The notes beneath the pieces were generated by a model that was given only the letters and a program-made list of their open reading frames with translations, ran no database searches and was not told where the DNA came from. Shown here in pieces: positions 50,260-61,751 of a stretch of DNA of 64,000 nucleotides (position 1 is the first letter of the stretch; each line of letters opens with the position of its first letter). The stretch comes from Heterodontus francisci (Eukaryota), in NCBI RefSeq assembly GCF_036365525.1, contig NC_090382.1, positions 45,969,678-46,033,677 of the forward strand. The letters are read 5' to 3'. Both the position numbers and the translations under genes were made by a program.

Positions 50260-51030
50260 CCAGCTGAGCTTATGATTACATATCCTCTCCATCACAAAAA
50301 CTGCCTATTTCTACTTCTGTAGCATCAATTGTCTCAGCTCATCTTCTACCTGCATCCATGTCTCTGTCACCTCCAGACATGAATATGAATATTGCACTTG
50401 CTGCTGTTCAATATTCAGTATATTCACACCTAATCTGTACTAATGCTTTGTCTTTCAACACACCATTAACATATTGTTTGCCTTTGCTCCATGACCTTTT
50501 GGTCAGCTATGTGGCCTGGTCCAATCTGCACCTTCTCCTTTGTTATCTCTTGCCCAACCCCCACCTCACTTGTTTATAATCTGTGACTTTTCTAATATTT
50601 GTCAGTTCCGAAGAAGGGTCACTGACCCGAAACGTTAACTCTGCTTCTCTTTCCACAGATGCTGCCAGACCTGCTGAGTGAATCCAGCATTTCTTGTTTT
50701 TGTTTCAGATTTCCAGCATCCGCAGTATTTTGCTTTTATGAATATTCCAATGCTTTCCAGGCTGTCTTCCCTTCTACTATCCTCCATAAACTTCAAATCA
50801 TCCAAAATTCTGCTGCCCACATCCTATCCAGCACCAAGTCCTGCTCAAATATCACTGCTGTGCTCGCTGACCTGCATTGGCTCCAGGTCACCCAATGCTT
50901 CAAAGTTACAATTCTCATTCTTTGTCTTTGAATCCCTTCATATATTTGCCCCTCTCTATTGCTGCAACCTCCTCAAGCCATATAACCCCCCAGAACTCTT
51001 CCTTCAACTCTGCCATCCCTTCACCCCACT
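50260..51030 (+). mobile_element. L2 3' fragment interrupted by a Penelope terminus
   Basis: KTAYF, KLQIIQNSAAHIL..ITAVLADLHWL. Confidence 0.75.
50392..50738 (+). mobile_element. Penelope 3' terminal repeat fragment with hammerhead motif (50604-50640)
   Basis: Near-identical reverse complement of 57750-58092; flanking duplication TGAATAT; core CCGAAGA...GAAACGTT. Confidence 0.9.
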
Positions 51031-51089
51031 ATTGTTAGCTACATATGACCCTATTTGCTTTCCGAGGTGGATATAATTGTTTCAAAAAA

Positions 51090-51442
51090 AAAGCATTCTT
51101 TGGTGTCACTGGAAAGACCAGCACTCACTGCCCATCCCTAGTTGCCCCAGAAAGGTTTTATAGAACTAAATAGCCGCTAGGCCATTTCACAGGATAGTTA
51201 AGTATCAACCACATTGGCATGAAATGAAGTCACATATAGGGTGGACTGGGTAACGACAGCAGATTTCCTTCCCTAAAGGACATTTGTGAACCAGCTAGGT
51301 TTTATGACAACCAGCTGTTAGGTTTACTCATATTTCCAGATTTTTCCAAACTGGCATGGTAGGATTTTAGTTCACAATCTCTGGGATTGTCAATCTAGGC
51401 CTCTGGTATGCTAATCCAATAACTTGATCACTGCACTAGCAC
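51090..51442 (-). mobile_element. tRNA-headed SINE sharing its head with 38560-39000 and its tail with 17650-17720
   Basis: Direct similarity: AGTCACAT, GTGAACCAG and CAGTTAAG/TAGTTAAG blocks; GCCCATCCCTA tail. Confidence 0.7.
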
Positions 51443-51597
51443 TACTGTACTTGCAGTCGTCTTGAATACGAGACAATTGAATGTCCCAAGATCTTAGGAT
51501 GTCTTCAAGTTCTATAATTCTTGCAGGAATGTGTAATTAACATAGAGAGTATTTTTGAACACTTTCCAACCTGTTTCTTTACCGTAGATGGTTTTGT

Positions 51598-51924
51598 GGG
51601 CAGCACAGTGGCGCAGTGGTTAGCACTGCAGCCTCACATCTCCAGCGACCCAGGTTCAGTTCTGGGTACTGCCTGTGTGGAGTTTGCAAGTTCTCCCTGT
51701 GACCGTGTGGGTTTCTGTCGGGTGCTCTGGTTTCCTCCCATAGCCAAAGACTTGTAGGTTGATAGGTAAATTGGCCATTGTAAATTGCCCCAATGTAGGT
51801 ATGTGATAGGAGAATGGTGGGGATGTGGTAGGGAATATGGGATTAGTATAAATGGGTGGTTGTTGCACAGACTCGGTGGGCCGAAGGGCCTGTTTCAGTG
51901 CTGTATCTCTAAATAAAATAAAAA
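51598..51924 (+). mobile_element. HE1-type V-SINE (tRNA head, V domain, CR1-derived tail)
   Basis: A box TGGCGCAGTGG; B-box-like GGTTCAGTTCT; GTGGAGTTTGCA..GTGGGTTT..GGTTTCCTCCCA; tail GGGCCGAAGGGCCTGTTT..CTGTAT. Confidence 0.9.
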
Positions 51925-53145
51925 CAGGTGTGGAACAGGAAAGCAACAACTCCAGTTGTCAGAGTAAACAACTGTGTGAAAGAAATAGTCAGTTATCTAT
52001 TCTAATGCTTTCTTTGCAACTGGTATAGTGCAAGCTTTCTCCAACACTTTTCGGTTACTAACAGCTTCACGTTGGTTTCCATAAGCAGATACATCGCTTA
52101 CAAACTGAAACCATGATGAGGAAGTGGGTGGGGGCAGGTGTCAGTTTGAAATCTAACTGCCAATGGGCTACCAGTTACTTTGCCATCCGCAGTGGTATGA
52201 GGCAGCAAATAGGGTCAAACTGCTCCCCCCACCCCACCCCTGCAACTGTATTTTTCACTCTGCAGAACTTAATTTTGGATAAATAGGTCTCACAGTTAAC
52301 CCTGATCATAGAAATTTGCTCATTGGAAATCATCTAGGATTTCCATTCCACCTTCTGTCAATGAGAAGGTGGAAATATCACAATGCTTGAAGAGTTTATA
52401 CAGATTAAAATCAGATTTATTTACAATGAATGCTTTGCAGAGGCAGAAGGATAGGTCAAATATCACACCACTGAAGTGGTGATCCACAATACATACAACT
52501 GACATGACTTTTGAGGGTCCATGGTTCTCCTGCTTCCTTTTGGTAAGTTTTTCAAATGGTGCATGCTGTGCTAGTAATACATAAGCAACTGCTTACAGAA
52601 TTCTATTCATCGCAAAAATGTAATGGCACAATGATTGACTACTGAATACTACTGACCACTGAAAGATGTGTTTCAAGGCTATTTTCCCATTTGAAATTAA
52701 AAGCAATTTATTTGAAGATTGCCCGAGCAAGAAGAATTTTTACACTCCAACACCTCAGTAAACATTTGGAATGAATGTCTGGGACCTTCAGGTCTGTTGG
52801 CTTCAAGTTTCACACATCTTGACCACATATTTTTACAAATAGCTATGGGAAGATACATTTTAGGCTTCTGTTATATTAAGATTAAATTGTACCTGCTGAG
52901 GACAATTTGGTGTCTTTCAATGTTGGCTGATTATGCTAAGTCAGAATGGAGCCTTTTCTCTCCTTTGAAATACAAGGAAACAAATAATCGATAGAATGAT
53001 GTGAGTTTTTCTTTTTTAATTGAAATAAACTAGCATACCTTTCCCAATTTATAACATACTGTGCTATTTTATGCAGATATTAAGTTACTTTATTTTAGCT
53101 ATGTTAGAAGTGATTGGGAATTACCAAAAGGAATGCTGCCATAAT

Positions 53146-53833
53146 TGTATTGTGGATTGTCTATGTTCATGATTCTTCAAAGCAATTACGAAGTACAAGT
53201 TATTTTATACTATTACGGTTCATGTCTATGGATATACAATGTGCCCACGCTAGCATGCACATGCAATACACACATGCAAATAGGGACAGAAAAGAGCAGA
53301 AGAAAAGATAAGTAGAACAGTTTGGGGCAATATCTTGTTACTGCTTCTCGAGCTTGCTGTAGTCCTTGATTGAAGATACGGTCTTGCATTTCATTGGGGC
53401 CCAGTAGTCTTCTTAAAATCTTGTTCACGTAGGAAACCTTTCTCTCTTTGGGTTTCACATGTTTTCACAAGATTCAGTTCTGTGTGAAGGAGATGGAAGC
53501 AGGCAAGCAGGAGAGGCTGTAATTCTTGCTTCAGTTCCAGGAGCGATCTTTACTCCATGAGCACACAGCTTTGTTTCAGTTCAAATCCTGCTTTCTCCAA
53601 TTTAAAATTCTCAGTTCAAAACTCTGCAACAGCCAGTTAGTCATGTGACTAAAACTGGTCTGACCACTTCTGTGTATTGGGGAAGCAACTACTGGGTCCC
53701 CATTGTTTTAACATTGTCTGGTACTATGCAAATATCCTTCCAGTCAGTACTTACAATTTTAAGTTTTTGTTCATGTGGTGAAATAATGCGTGCCTCAGTC
53801 TTGGCAGGTGGGGTGGGGGCGGTTTGCCTGACA
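53146..53833 (-). mobile_element. Probable solo LTR
   Basis: TG...CA ends, possible TSD TAAT/CAAT, and a layout like the other LTRs; boundaries uncertain. Confidence 0.4.
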
Positions 53834-54156
53834 CAATCCTGAATGCAATACTATCAACAGATTTACATATGAGCAACCAAAATACAATCCTGCACCCTAA
53901 AATACTTCCTAAGTGAAAATGGTCAGCATCACTTTTAGTAAATTTGTTGTTATATACAGACAAGATGATTTGTGAGGCACAGATAATTTTACTGTTGGTG
54001 ATTTTTTTCTGTTCTTTGCTATCAAACATTTGAAGTCATATCACTCCCATTTTCAGGCACTATATATTGGTACCATTCATCAGGATAAAGGTTGCTTAAA
54101 TACCATCAGTAATTACTTGTCTGATTGATTAAAATCCAACCTGACCTTGAAAGATG

Positions 54157-54584
54157 CCCTCCCTCTCTCCCTATGTTCCTCCCCCTCTCCCTCTTCCTCC
54201 TCTCTGCTTCCTTCTTCCACCTTTTTACCCTCTCCCCCTCTCTCTCCCTGCCCCTCCCTCTCCCCCTGCACGTCCTCCCTCCCCTTTGTCCCACCTCCCT
54301 CTTCTCCCTCCCCTCTCTGTCCTACCTCCCTCTCCCCTCTCTCCCCCTCTCCCTCTTCTCTTTCCCTCTCTCCCCCCTCTCCTTTCCTTTCTCTCCCTCC
54401 CTCTCTCCCCCTCTATCTCCCCTCTCTTTCTCTCCCTCCTCTCCCCTTCTCTCCCCCTGCCCCCTCTCTACTCCCTCTCTCTCTCCCCTTCTCTCTGTCC
54501 CCCCTCTCCCCCTCTCTCACTTCCCACTCTCTTCCCCCCCCCTCCAATCTTCCATCTCCCCACTCTCTCCCTCTCCTCCCCACC
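54157..54584. repeat. ~430-bp polypyrimidine (CT-rich) low-complexity tract
   Basis: Almost entirely C/T on the + strand. Confidence 0.95.
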
Positions 54585-54767
54585 ATACATCAGGAGTGGA
54601 AACACATGGTCGCTTGGCACCAGCCCCACACACACTGAGAGAAACCAGGGCATTTGGAGAGCTGAAAAAGTGGACTGTCTACCTAAAACAAAAGCTTGCA
54701 CTGGCTCAAAGAAGTCTTCCCTTTCCAGTTCTAACATTGCTTTCCTGTGCACAATCCTTTCAATTCT

Positions 54768-54960
54768 ACTCACACCAACGCTCTCCAGGGCTGATTCCGT
54801 AGGTCAGACACGGGTGGGAGCACTTGATTGACGGCTCCAGTCTTCCCCGCGCTCCGATTAGACGGAGGTTTACGTGCAGGCAAACCATTCGCGCTTTTGA
54901 TTGGCGGGTCTGATACAAAACTTTGGAGGGCTGTAGGAACTAGCCTCATGCTTCGATGCC
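54768..54960. promoter_or_regulatory. Putative Pol II promoter / first-exon region
   Basis: Local CpG cluster in unique AT-rich DNA; inverted CCAAT (GATTGG 54899) with variants at 54826 and 54856; minus-strand donor GTGAGT at 54768-54773. Confidence 0.5.
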
Positions 54961-57324
54961 CTGATCCTTTGTAGTTACTTTCGCTCCTGATAATTATAAA
55001 TGTCTTGAATTATAAATGTTTTAAAACACAAGTTTAAAGGCTTGAAGCAAGACATTTAAAATTACCACGGACACATTGCCGACCCCTGAGCAAAAATTAT
55101 TTTAAATACAATTCTTCACGATGGTATTAATTGCTTGTTGAAATCAAAAACATTATCCGAACTGTGAATGACACTTTGCTGGGCCCACAGTAACTGTGGT
55201 AACCTTGGTAAAGAACTGCAAACCACTCAGTGGGACAAAAAAAAGTATGCTGTCAACACAGTTTTAAGTAAGTTCTTCAAAAGTTAATTGTGGGAGTTAT
55301 CCATAAGTTCTTTGAGTGATGGCATAAGATTTTGCAGTATAACAGTATTGCAGTATGTTAGCTAACTATGTCAGTACTGTCCTTAGCAGTTTCTTGCAAT
55401 ATGACTACATTTATAATCAGAAAGGTCATTTATTTGAGGAAAGCATCTGACCTTTAGAAAATGTATCATCACTCTAAAGTAACAAACTATCTGAAGAAAG
55501 ACTACGCAGGGAACCTGGTGGCAATTTGATTTATGAGCTGTTGTCTAGCAACAGGTTTTGCTCTATTTTGCCCTTGAAAGGTGTTAAACAGTATCGTGTC
55601 CATTTTTGCATATTATTAACTACCAAAAATACTTATTGCATTTATGATCTGAAATTCATTACTCAAGCAGGTTAATATGCCATTTTACAAATCTTCAAAA
55701 ATACACACATTCAAGTCAGTCCCATTACTGTGTCTGTTTGCATACAGCTGTGCTCTCTGATGTACTGTTAGTTAATGCATCACCAGACCTGGATCAAATA
55801 TGGACAGCAGTTAGTTTTTAATCACAGCTGTGACAGATGCATGTGTCATAGGACATTCAGAATGTTACACACTTTATATCTTTTAGACTTTAACTTACTA
55901 GTGAGATTGTTGCCTGTTAATCACCTAAATGATAAACTGTAAAGTGTGAATTACTCTGGCTTTAAATGTTTCCTAACACAGCTCACTTTCCCCTTGTAGA
56001 AGGACAATGGCTGTACTTGTCAGTGGAGATGAAATAGACAAGAACATTCCAAAGATAATGAGAAGCAATTAACAATTTAGAACTGTTGAACTGCAGTGAG
56101 TGAAATATCTGTGTAACTCACAGAATCTTTCACAAAACTATTGTCAAAATTCTACAGATCTTATGTACTCTGATATCTTCAGTGCGTTCTCTGACTTGAA
56201 ACCTTACAGCACTAAATATTGTAGCTTTAACAATAATGTTTGGAATCATTTTGTATTTTAAATGCTACAGATTGAGTTTTAACTACTTACACAATGCAAT
56301 ATATACCAAATTGAAACAAATGATCCTCTGGGTTCCTGACCTCTCTTGCCAAATACTTCATAAGCAATTGTCTTTTTTATTATATGCAAATGTAAATTCA
56401 TTTTATAAAGACACAATAACACTGGAAATACACAGCATATCAGTCAGCATCTTTAAGAGAAATGATGGGTTCTGACATCTCTCTTTATAGATTCCAATTG
56501 AGCTGCTATGTAGTTTCAACATTTCCTGTTTTGATGTCAGATTTCCAGCATTTTGAGTTGTTCCTTTTTATTACTGTCTGATTCATTACTGTTTCATAGT
56601 TAACCACAGCTTTTTAAAAAAAAAGTTTGTCGTTATCCCCATTGTTACCTAATGCATGGAGGAGAATGGTTGTTAAATCAGAAGGTGATAATAGAATCAA
56701 AGGGTTTGAATCAATCATAAGTAACTCAATCAAGTATACGTTAATTGTCAGAATGAAATGGAATGATTTCTTTTTAAGGCTTTTTTGCAGTTTGAGCTTT
56801 TTTCCAACATGCTTATTGATGACAGTTTCTGTGAATAGACTGAGATCTCCCACAGAGTGAAACCTACATCTTTATTCTTGTTATAGTTGGATTTGTGTAT
56901 CCAGATCTTACCATTGACTCTGAACACAGTAAGTTGCTTACTGAAGAATACAAAGATCTGATGATGTTGACTTGACTCAACTGATAGCATTGTTGCCTCT
57001 GGGTCAAAAAGTCATGGAAGAGAATTTCCATGTGATTCTCCTGATCAGTCAATGCAATTTCAGCAGAAACGCCCTTCTGTCTTAACTGCAACCACCATCC
57101 CCCCCCTGCCCACCCCAACACTCACTCCACCACCACCCTGACTCCCAACCACCGGAAATATGGCATAAATGGCTATTCTTGGCTAGTTAATCTGTTTTTC
57201 TCCGGGTTCTGCTTGCCTTCTACCAAAGTTACAGTGGGAGTTTGGGAGATCCCCCACAGAAATTCCAGGTGCATGTGTTTCAATCGCATGTGACTTCAGC
57301 ATATGAATGAAGTTGGCAGTTTAG

Positions 57325-57560
57325 CATGGTACTGAGGGAATGTTGCATTATCAGAGATGCCGTGTTTTGATGGAGAGGTTGAACTGGGGTGCTCCATGTA
57401 AAAGATCCCATATCATGTGTGAAGAGGATCAAGGAGGTCACCAGGTGCTTTGGCCAACATTTCTAACTCAACAAACAACACCAAAATTGAATCAGGTGGT
57501 CATTCATCTCATTTATGGGACCTTGCTGTGTGAAAATTGGCCGTCCTGTTTCCCTACATG
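57325..57560 (+). mobile_element. Deu-core SINE fragment, diverged
   Basis: GTACTGAGGGAATG..TGGCCAACATTT..GCTGTGTGAAAATTGG. Confidence 0.65.
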
Positions 57561-57846
57561 GCATGGATACTGCAGAAGTAATTTTACCTTAACCTGCCCG
57601 GGGAAACTGCTGGGATTGGCTCAGCTGCTCATTTTACACCCCACCCAATTTTATTTACCATGCAAAAGGATCATAGATAGCCTGGACACTCACAATTCTA
57701 CACCAGTCACCAATCCCATTAGTGTGGAATCAAAGAAGGAAAATATAATAAAAGCAAAATACTGCGGATGCTGGAAATCTGAAATAAAAACAAGAAATGC
57801 TGGAACCACTCAGCAAGTCTGGCAGCATCTGTGAAAAGAGAAGCAG

Positions 57847-57883
57847 AGTTAACGTTTCGGGTCAGTGACCCTTCATCGGAACT
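57847..57883 (-). ncRNA. Minimal hammerhead motif with U4C core variant
   Basis: AGTT-CCGATGA-A-GGGTC-ACT-GACCC-GAAA-CGTT-AACT. Confidence 0.7.
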
Positions 57884-58220
57884 GACAAATATTAGAAAAG
57901 TCACAGGTTATAAGCAAGTGAGGTGGGGGTGGGGCAAGAGATAACAAAGGAGGTGTAGATTGGACCAGGCCACATAGCTGACCAAAAGGTCACGGAGCAA
58001 AGGCAAACAATATGTTAATGGTGTGTTGAAAGACAAAGCATTAGTACAGATTAGGTGTAAATGCACTGGATATTGAACAGCAGCAAGTGCAAACCTGAAA
58101 AAAAAGTGGGTAAGCAAACTGAACAAACTAAGATGAAATGAAATATATGCAAAAGAAAGATTGTAAAGAATGTAAAAAAAAAGAAAAAATAACTAAAAAT
58201 GAAAGTAAAATGGGGGGCTG

Positions 58221-60494
58221 TCATGCTCTGAAATTATTGAACTCAATGTTCAGTCCGGCAGACTGTAGTGTGCCTAATCGGTAGATGAGATGCTGTTCCT
58301 CGAGCTTGCGTTGATGTTCACTGGAACACTGCAGCAATCCCAGGACAGAGATGTGAGCATGAGAGCAGGGGGGAGTGTTGAAATGGCAAGCAACCGGAAG
58401 CTCAGGGTCCTGCTTGTGGACTGAGCGGAGATGTTCCACAAAGCGGTCACCCAGTCTGCGCTTGGTCTCCCCAATGTAGAGGAGACCACACTGTGAGCAG
58501 CGAATACAGTATACTACATTGAAAGAAGTACAAGTAAATCGCTGCTTCACCTGAAAGGAGTGTTTGGGGCCTGGGATAGTGAGGAGAGAGGAGGTAAATG
58601 GGCAGGTATTACACCTCCTGCGATTGCAGGGGAAGGTGCCATGGGACGGGGACGAGGTGGTGGGGGTAATGGAGGAGTGGACCAGGGTGTCACGGAGGGA
58701 ACGATCCCTTCGGAATGCTGACAGGGGAAGGGAGGGGAAGATGCGACTGGTAGTGGCATCACGCTGGAGGTGGCGGAAATGGCGGAGGATGATCCTTTGG
58801 ATATGGAGGCTGATGGGGTGGAAAGTGAGGACAAGGGGAACCCTGTCACGGTTCTGGGAGGGAGGGGAAGGGGTGAGGGTAGAGGTGCGGGGAATGGGCC
58901 GGACACGGTTGAGGGCCCTGTCAACCACAGTGGGGGGAAATCCTCGGTTGAGGAAAAAGGAGGTCATATCAGAAGCACCGTCATGGAAGGTAGCATCATC
59001 AGAGCAGATGCGTCGGAGACGGAGAAACTGGGAGAATGGAATGGAGTCCTTACAGGAGGTAGGGTGTGAAGAAGTGTAGTCGAGGTAGCTGTGGGAGTCG
59101 GTGGGCTTATAATGGATATTAATAGACAACCTATCCCCAGAGATGGAGACAGAGAAGTCGAGGAAGGGAAGTAAAGTGTCAGAGATGGACCATGTAAAGT
59201 TGAGAGAAGGGTGGAAATTGGAAGCAAAGTTGATAAAGTTTTCCAGTTCGGGGCGGGAGCAGGAAACGGCACCGATACAGTCATCAATGTACCGGAAAAA
59301 GAGTTGGGGGAGAGGGCCTGAGTAGGACTGGAACAAAGAATGCTCGACATATCCCACAAAAAGACAGGCATAACTAGGACCCATGCGGGTACCCATAGCG
59401 ACACCTTTTACTTGAAGGAAGTGCGTGGAGTTGAAGGAGAAGTTGTTCAATGTGAGAACAAGTTCAGCCAGGTGGAGGAGGGTGGTGGTGGATGGGGACT
59501 GTTTGGGCCACTGTTCCAGGAAGAAGCGGGGAGCCCTCAAACCATCCTGGTGGGGGATGGAGGTGTAGAGCGATTGGACGTCCATAGTGAAGAGGAGGCG
59601 GTTGGGACCAGGAAACTGGAAATTGTCAAAATGACGTAGGGCGTCAGAAGAGTCACGGATGTAGGTGGGAAGAGACTGGACCAGCGGAGAAAAGATAGAG
59701 TCAAGATAGGAAGAAATAAGTTCAGTGGGGCAGGAGCAGGCTGACACAATGGGTCTGCCGGGACAGTCCCGTTTGTGGATTTTGGGAAGGAGGTAGAAGC
59801 GGGCTGTCCGGGGTTGCAGGACTATGAGGTTGGAAGCTGTAGAGGGAAGATCTCCAGAGGAGATGAGGTCAGTAACAGTCCTTTGGATGGTGGCTTGATG
59901 TTCGGTGGTGGTGTCATGGTCCAGAGGGAGGTAGGAAGAAGTGTCCGTGAGTTGGCGTTGAGCTTCTGCAAGGTAGAGGTCGGTACGCCATACGACAACA
60001 GCACCACCCTTGTCTGTAGGTTTGATGACCATGTCGGGGTTAGACCTGAGAGAACGGAGTGCCTCAAGTTCAGAAGGGGATAGGTTAGAGTGAGTGAGGG
60101 GTGCAGAGAAATTGAGATGATCAATGTCTCGCCGACAGTTTTCAATGAAGAGATCAAGAGCAGGTAAGAGGCCAGGGGGAGGGGTCCAGGTAGAGGGAGA
60201 ATTCTGGAGGCGGGTGAATGGGTCTACTGGTCGGGGGGAGGACTCCTGGTCAAAGAAGTGAGCCCGGAGGCAGAGGCGACGGAAGAAGAGCTCAATGTCA
60301 TGCCGAGCACGAAATTCATTGAGGTGGGGGCGTAAGGGGATAAAACTGAGACCTTTGCTGAGTACAGAACGCTCGGCATCAGAGAGGGGGAGGTCAGAGG
60401 GTATAGTGAATACACGGCAAGGGGTCAGATCAGAAGGGGTGGGGTCAGAGGGAAGTGAAGCGGAAGGAGGATCTGGAGGGGCATTAGTCCCCAT
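58221..60494 (-). CDS. Penelope reverse transcriptase + GIY-YIG endonuclease (757 aa open; N-terminal part frameshifted at 60517-60850)
   Basis: LPKIHK, PGRPIVS, MDVQSLYTSIP, GVAMGTRMGPSYA, FRYIDD, CNRRRCNTC linker, VVYCI..LYIGET..GLN. Confidence 0.93.
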   Translation of the reverse strand: MGTNAPPDPPSASLPSDPTPSDLTPCRVFTIPSDLPLSDAERSVLSKGLSFIPLRPHLNEFRARHDIELFFRRLCLRAHFFDQESSPRPVDPFTRLQNSPSTWTPPPGLLPALDLFIENCRRDIDHLNFSAPLTHSNLSPSELEALRSLRSNPDMVIKPTDKGGAVVVWRTDLYLAEAQRQLTDTSSYLPLDHDTTTEHQATIQRTVTDLISSGDLPSTASNLIVLQPRTARFYLLPKIHKRDCPGRPIVSACSCPTELISSYLDSIFSPLVQSLPTYIRDSSDALRHFDNFQFPGPNRLLFTMDVQSLYTSIPHQDGLRAPRFFLEQWPKQSPSTTTLLHLAELVLTLNNFSFNSTHFLQVKGVAMGTRMGPSYACLFVGYVEHSLFQSYSGPLPQLFFRYIDDCIGAVSCSRPELENFINFASNFHPSLNFTWSISDTLLPFLDFSVSISGDRLSINIHYKPTDSHSYLDYTSSHPTSCKDSIPFSQFLRLRRICSDDATFHDGASDMTSFFLNRGFPPTVVDRALNRVRPIPRTSTLTPSPPSQNRDRVPLVLTFHPISLHIQRIILRHFRHLQRDATTSRIFPSLPLSAFRRDRSLRDTLVHSSITPTTSSPSHGTFPCNRRRCNTCPFTSSLLTIPGPKHSFQVKQRFTCTSFNVVYCIRCSQCGLLYIGETKRRLGDRFVEHLRSVHKQDPELPVACHFNTPPCSHAHISVLGLLQCSSEHQRKLEEQHLIYRLGTLQSAGLNIEFNNFRA

Positions 60495-61214
60495 CAGCTG
60501 CTGGAGCTTGCGTTCTTTAACACCTGAAAGGAAGAAAAAAAGTTTTTTGTTGATGCGTTATGAGACGAAAGATGAAATGAAACTGCAGAGTAGAACAGCT
60601 TTGAGATAAGGTGAGGCGGTGCTGCTGGAGAGAGAGGTCCAGTGTGTGCATGTGGCGGCGCAGAGCACTGAGTGTGGATCTCAGGAAGCGGCAAGAGTAG
60701 CAGTCCGAGGAACGTTGTATTTCTCGGAGATACCTGTGATCCTGGGTGGATTCAAAGCATGATGGGTGAAACTGCAGTTGGAATCCACATGGAATAAGTC
60801 GGAGCTGGAGACAATTACTGAGGAAGGAGATGTGGCTGTGAAAACGAGTTTTTATAATGATGCACATATATCCACAAGGATACAAAAGGCATGTTCAATT
60901 TCACTGTTTGGGGTTTTCCTGCTGTACAGCCTCTGAGATTTCCAAAATGAAAGTAGTGTGACATATGCTGTACCATTATGCTATTAGAAGAGGTGGCACC
61001 ATGCAGAAAATGCAAGAAGAGAGTTGGGGAGATCCAGAGAAGATAGAGAGAAAGAGTTCAAGGCCAAAGAGTTGCAAACTGCACTGGAGTTGTAATAAGG
61101 AGAAGTAAAAGAGCATGCCCTTTTAGAGCACCTGCCACATCCTGAAGATGTCTCAAAGCACTTTACAGCTAATGAATTACTTTTGAAGTGTAGTCACTGT
61201 TATGGAGGCAAACA

Positions 61215-61750
61215 ATTTTATACAATAATAACTTGTATTTATATGGCACCTCTAATGTATGAAAATGTCCTAAGAGGCATCACAGAAGCGATAATCTAAC
61301 AAAATTTGACATTGAACCACTTGGAGATTTTGGTCAAAGAGGTAGATTTTAAGGATTGTATTAAAAAGAAGAGAAAGAGATTGAGATGTGGAGAAATTTA
61401 CTGAGAGAATTCCAGAGCTTAGGACCTCGGCAACTGAAGGCATGACTATCTATGGTGGAGAAAGGAATATCGGGGATGTACAAGAGGCCAAAATTGGAGC
61501 AGCAGAAATCTCGGAGGGTTGTAGAGCTGGAGGAGGTTACAATTATCAGGAGGGGCAAGGTCATTGGAGAAATTAGAAAGCAAGGATGAAAATGTTAAAA
61601 TTGAGACATTGGAAACCAATGTAGGTCAGTGAGCCCAGGATGATAGGTGAATGGAACTTGGTGCAGTTCGGGTACGGGCAGCAGAGTCTTGTTTGAGCTT
61701 AAGTTTGCAGAGGATGCAAAGTAGGAGGCTGGCCAGGAGAGCATTGAAAT
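61215..61750 (-). mobile_element. L2 3' fragment, with a Deu-SINE tail fragment at ~61125-61210
   Basis: HAFSCRGPKLWNSL; L2-type tail. Confidence 0.7.
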
Positions 61751-61751
61751 A

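Larger units (their letters stand above)
57750..60852 (-). mobile_element. Penelope-like element (Neptune type), 5' truncated, young
   Basis: RT + GIY-YIG ORF; 3' terminal repeat with hammerhead; possible TSD TATAAT. Confidence 0.95.

Noticed and set aside
51598-51670. tRNA gene
   Set aside because: It is the tRNA-derived head of a V-SINE, continuing into the V domain and a LINE-derived tail.
54125-54831. Pro/Ser/Leu-rich ORFs of 163-225 aa
   Set aside because: The CT tract cannot encode stop codons, so all three frames are open.
58564-60609. Plus-strand ORFs opposite the Penelope ORF
   Set aside because: Antisense shadow frames of the RT ORF with no recognisable domain.
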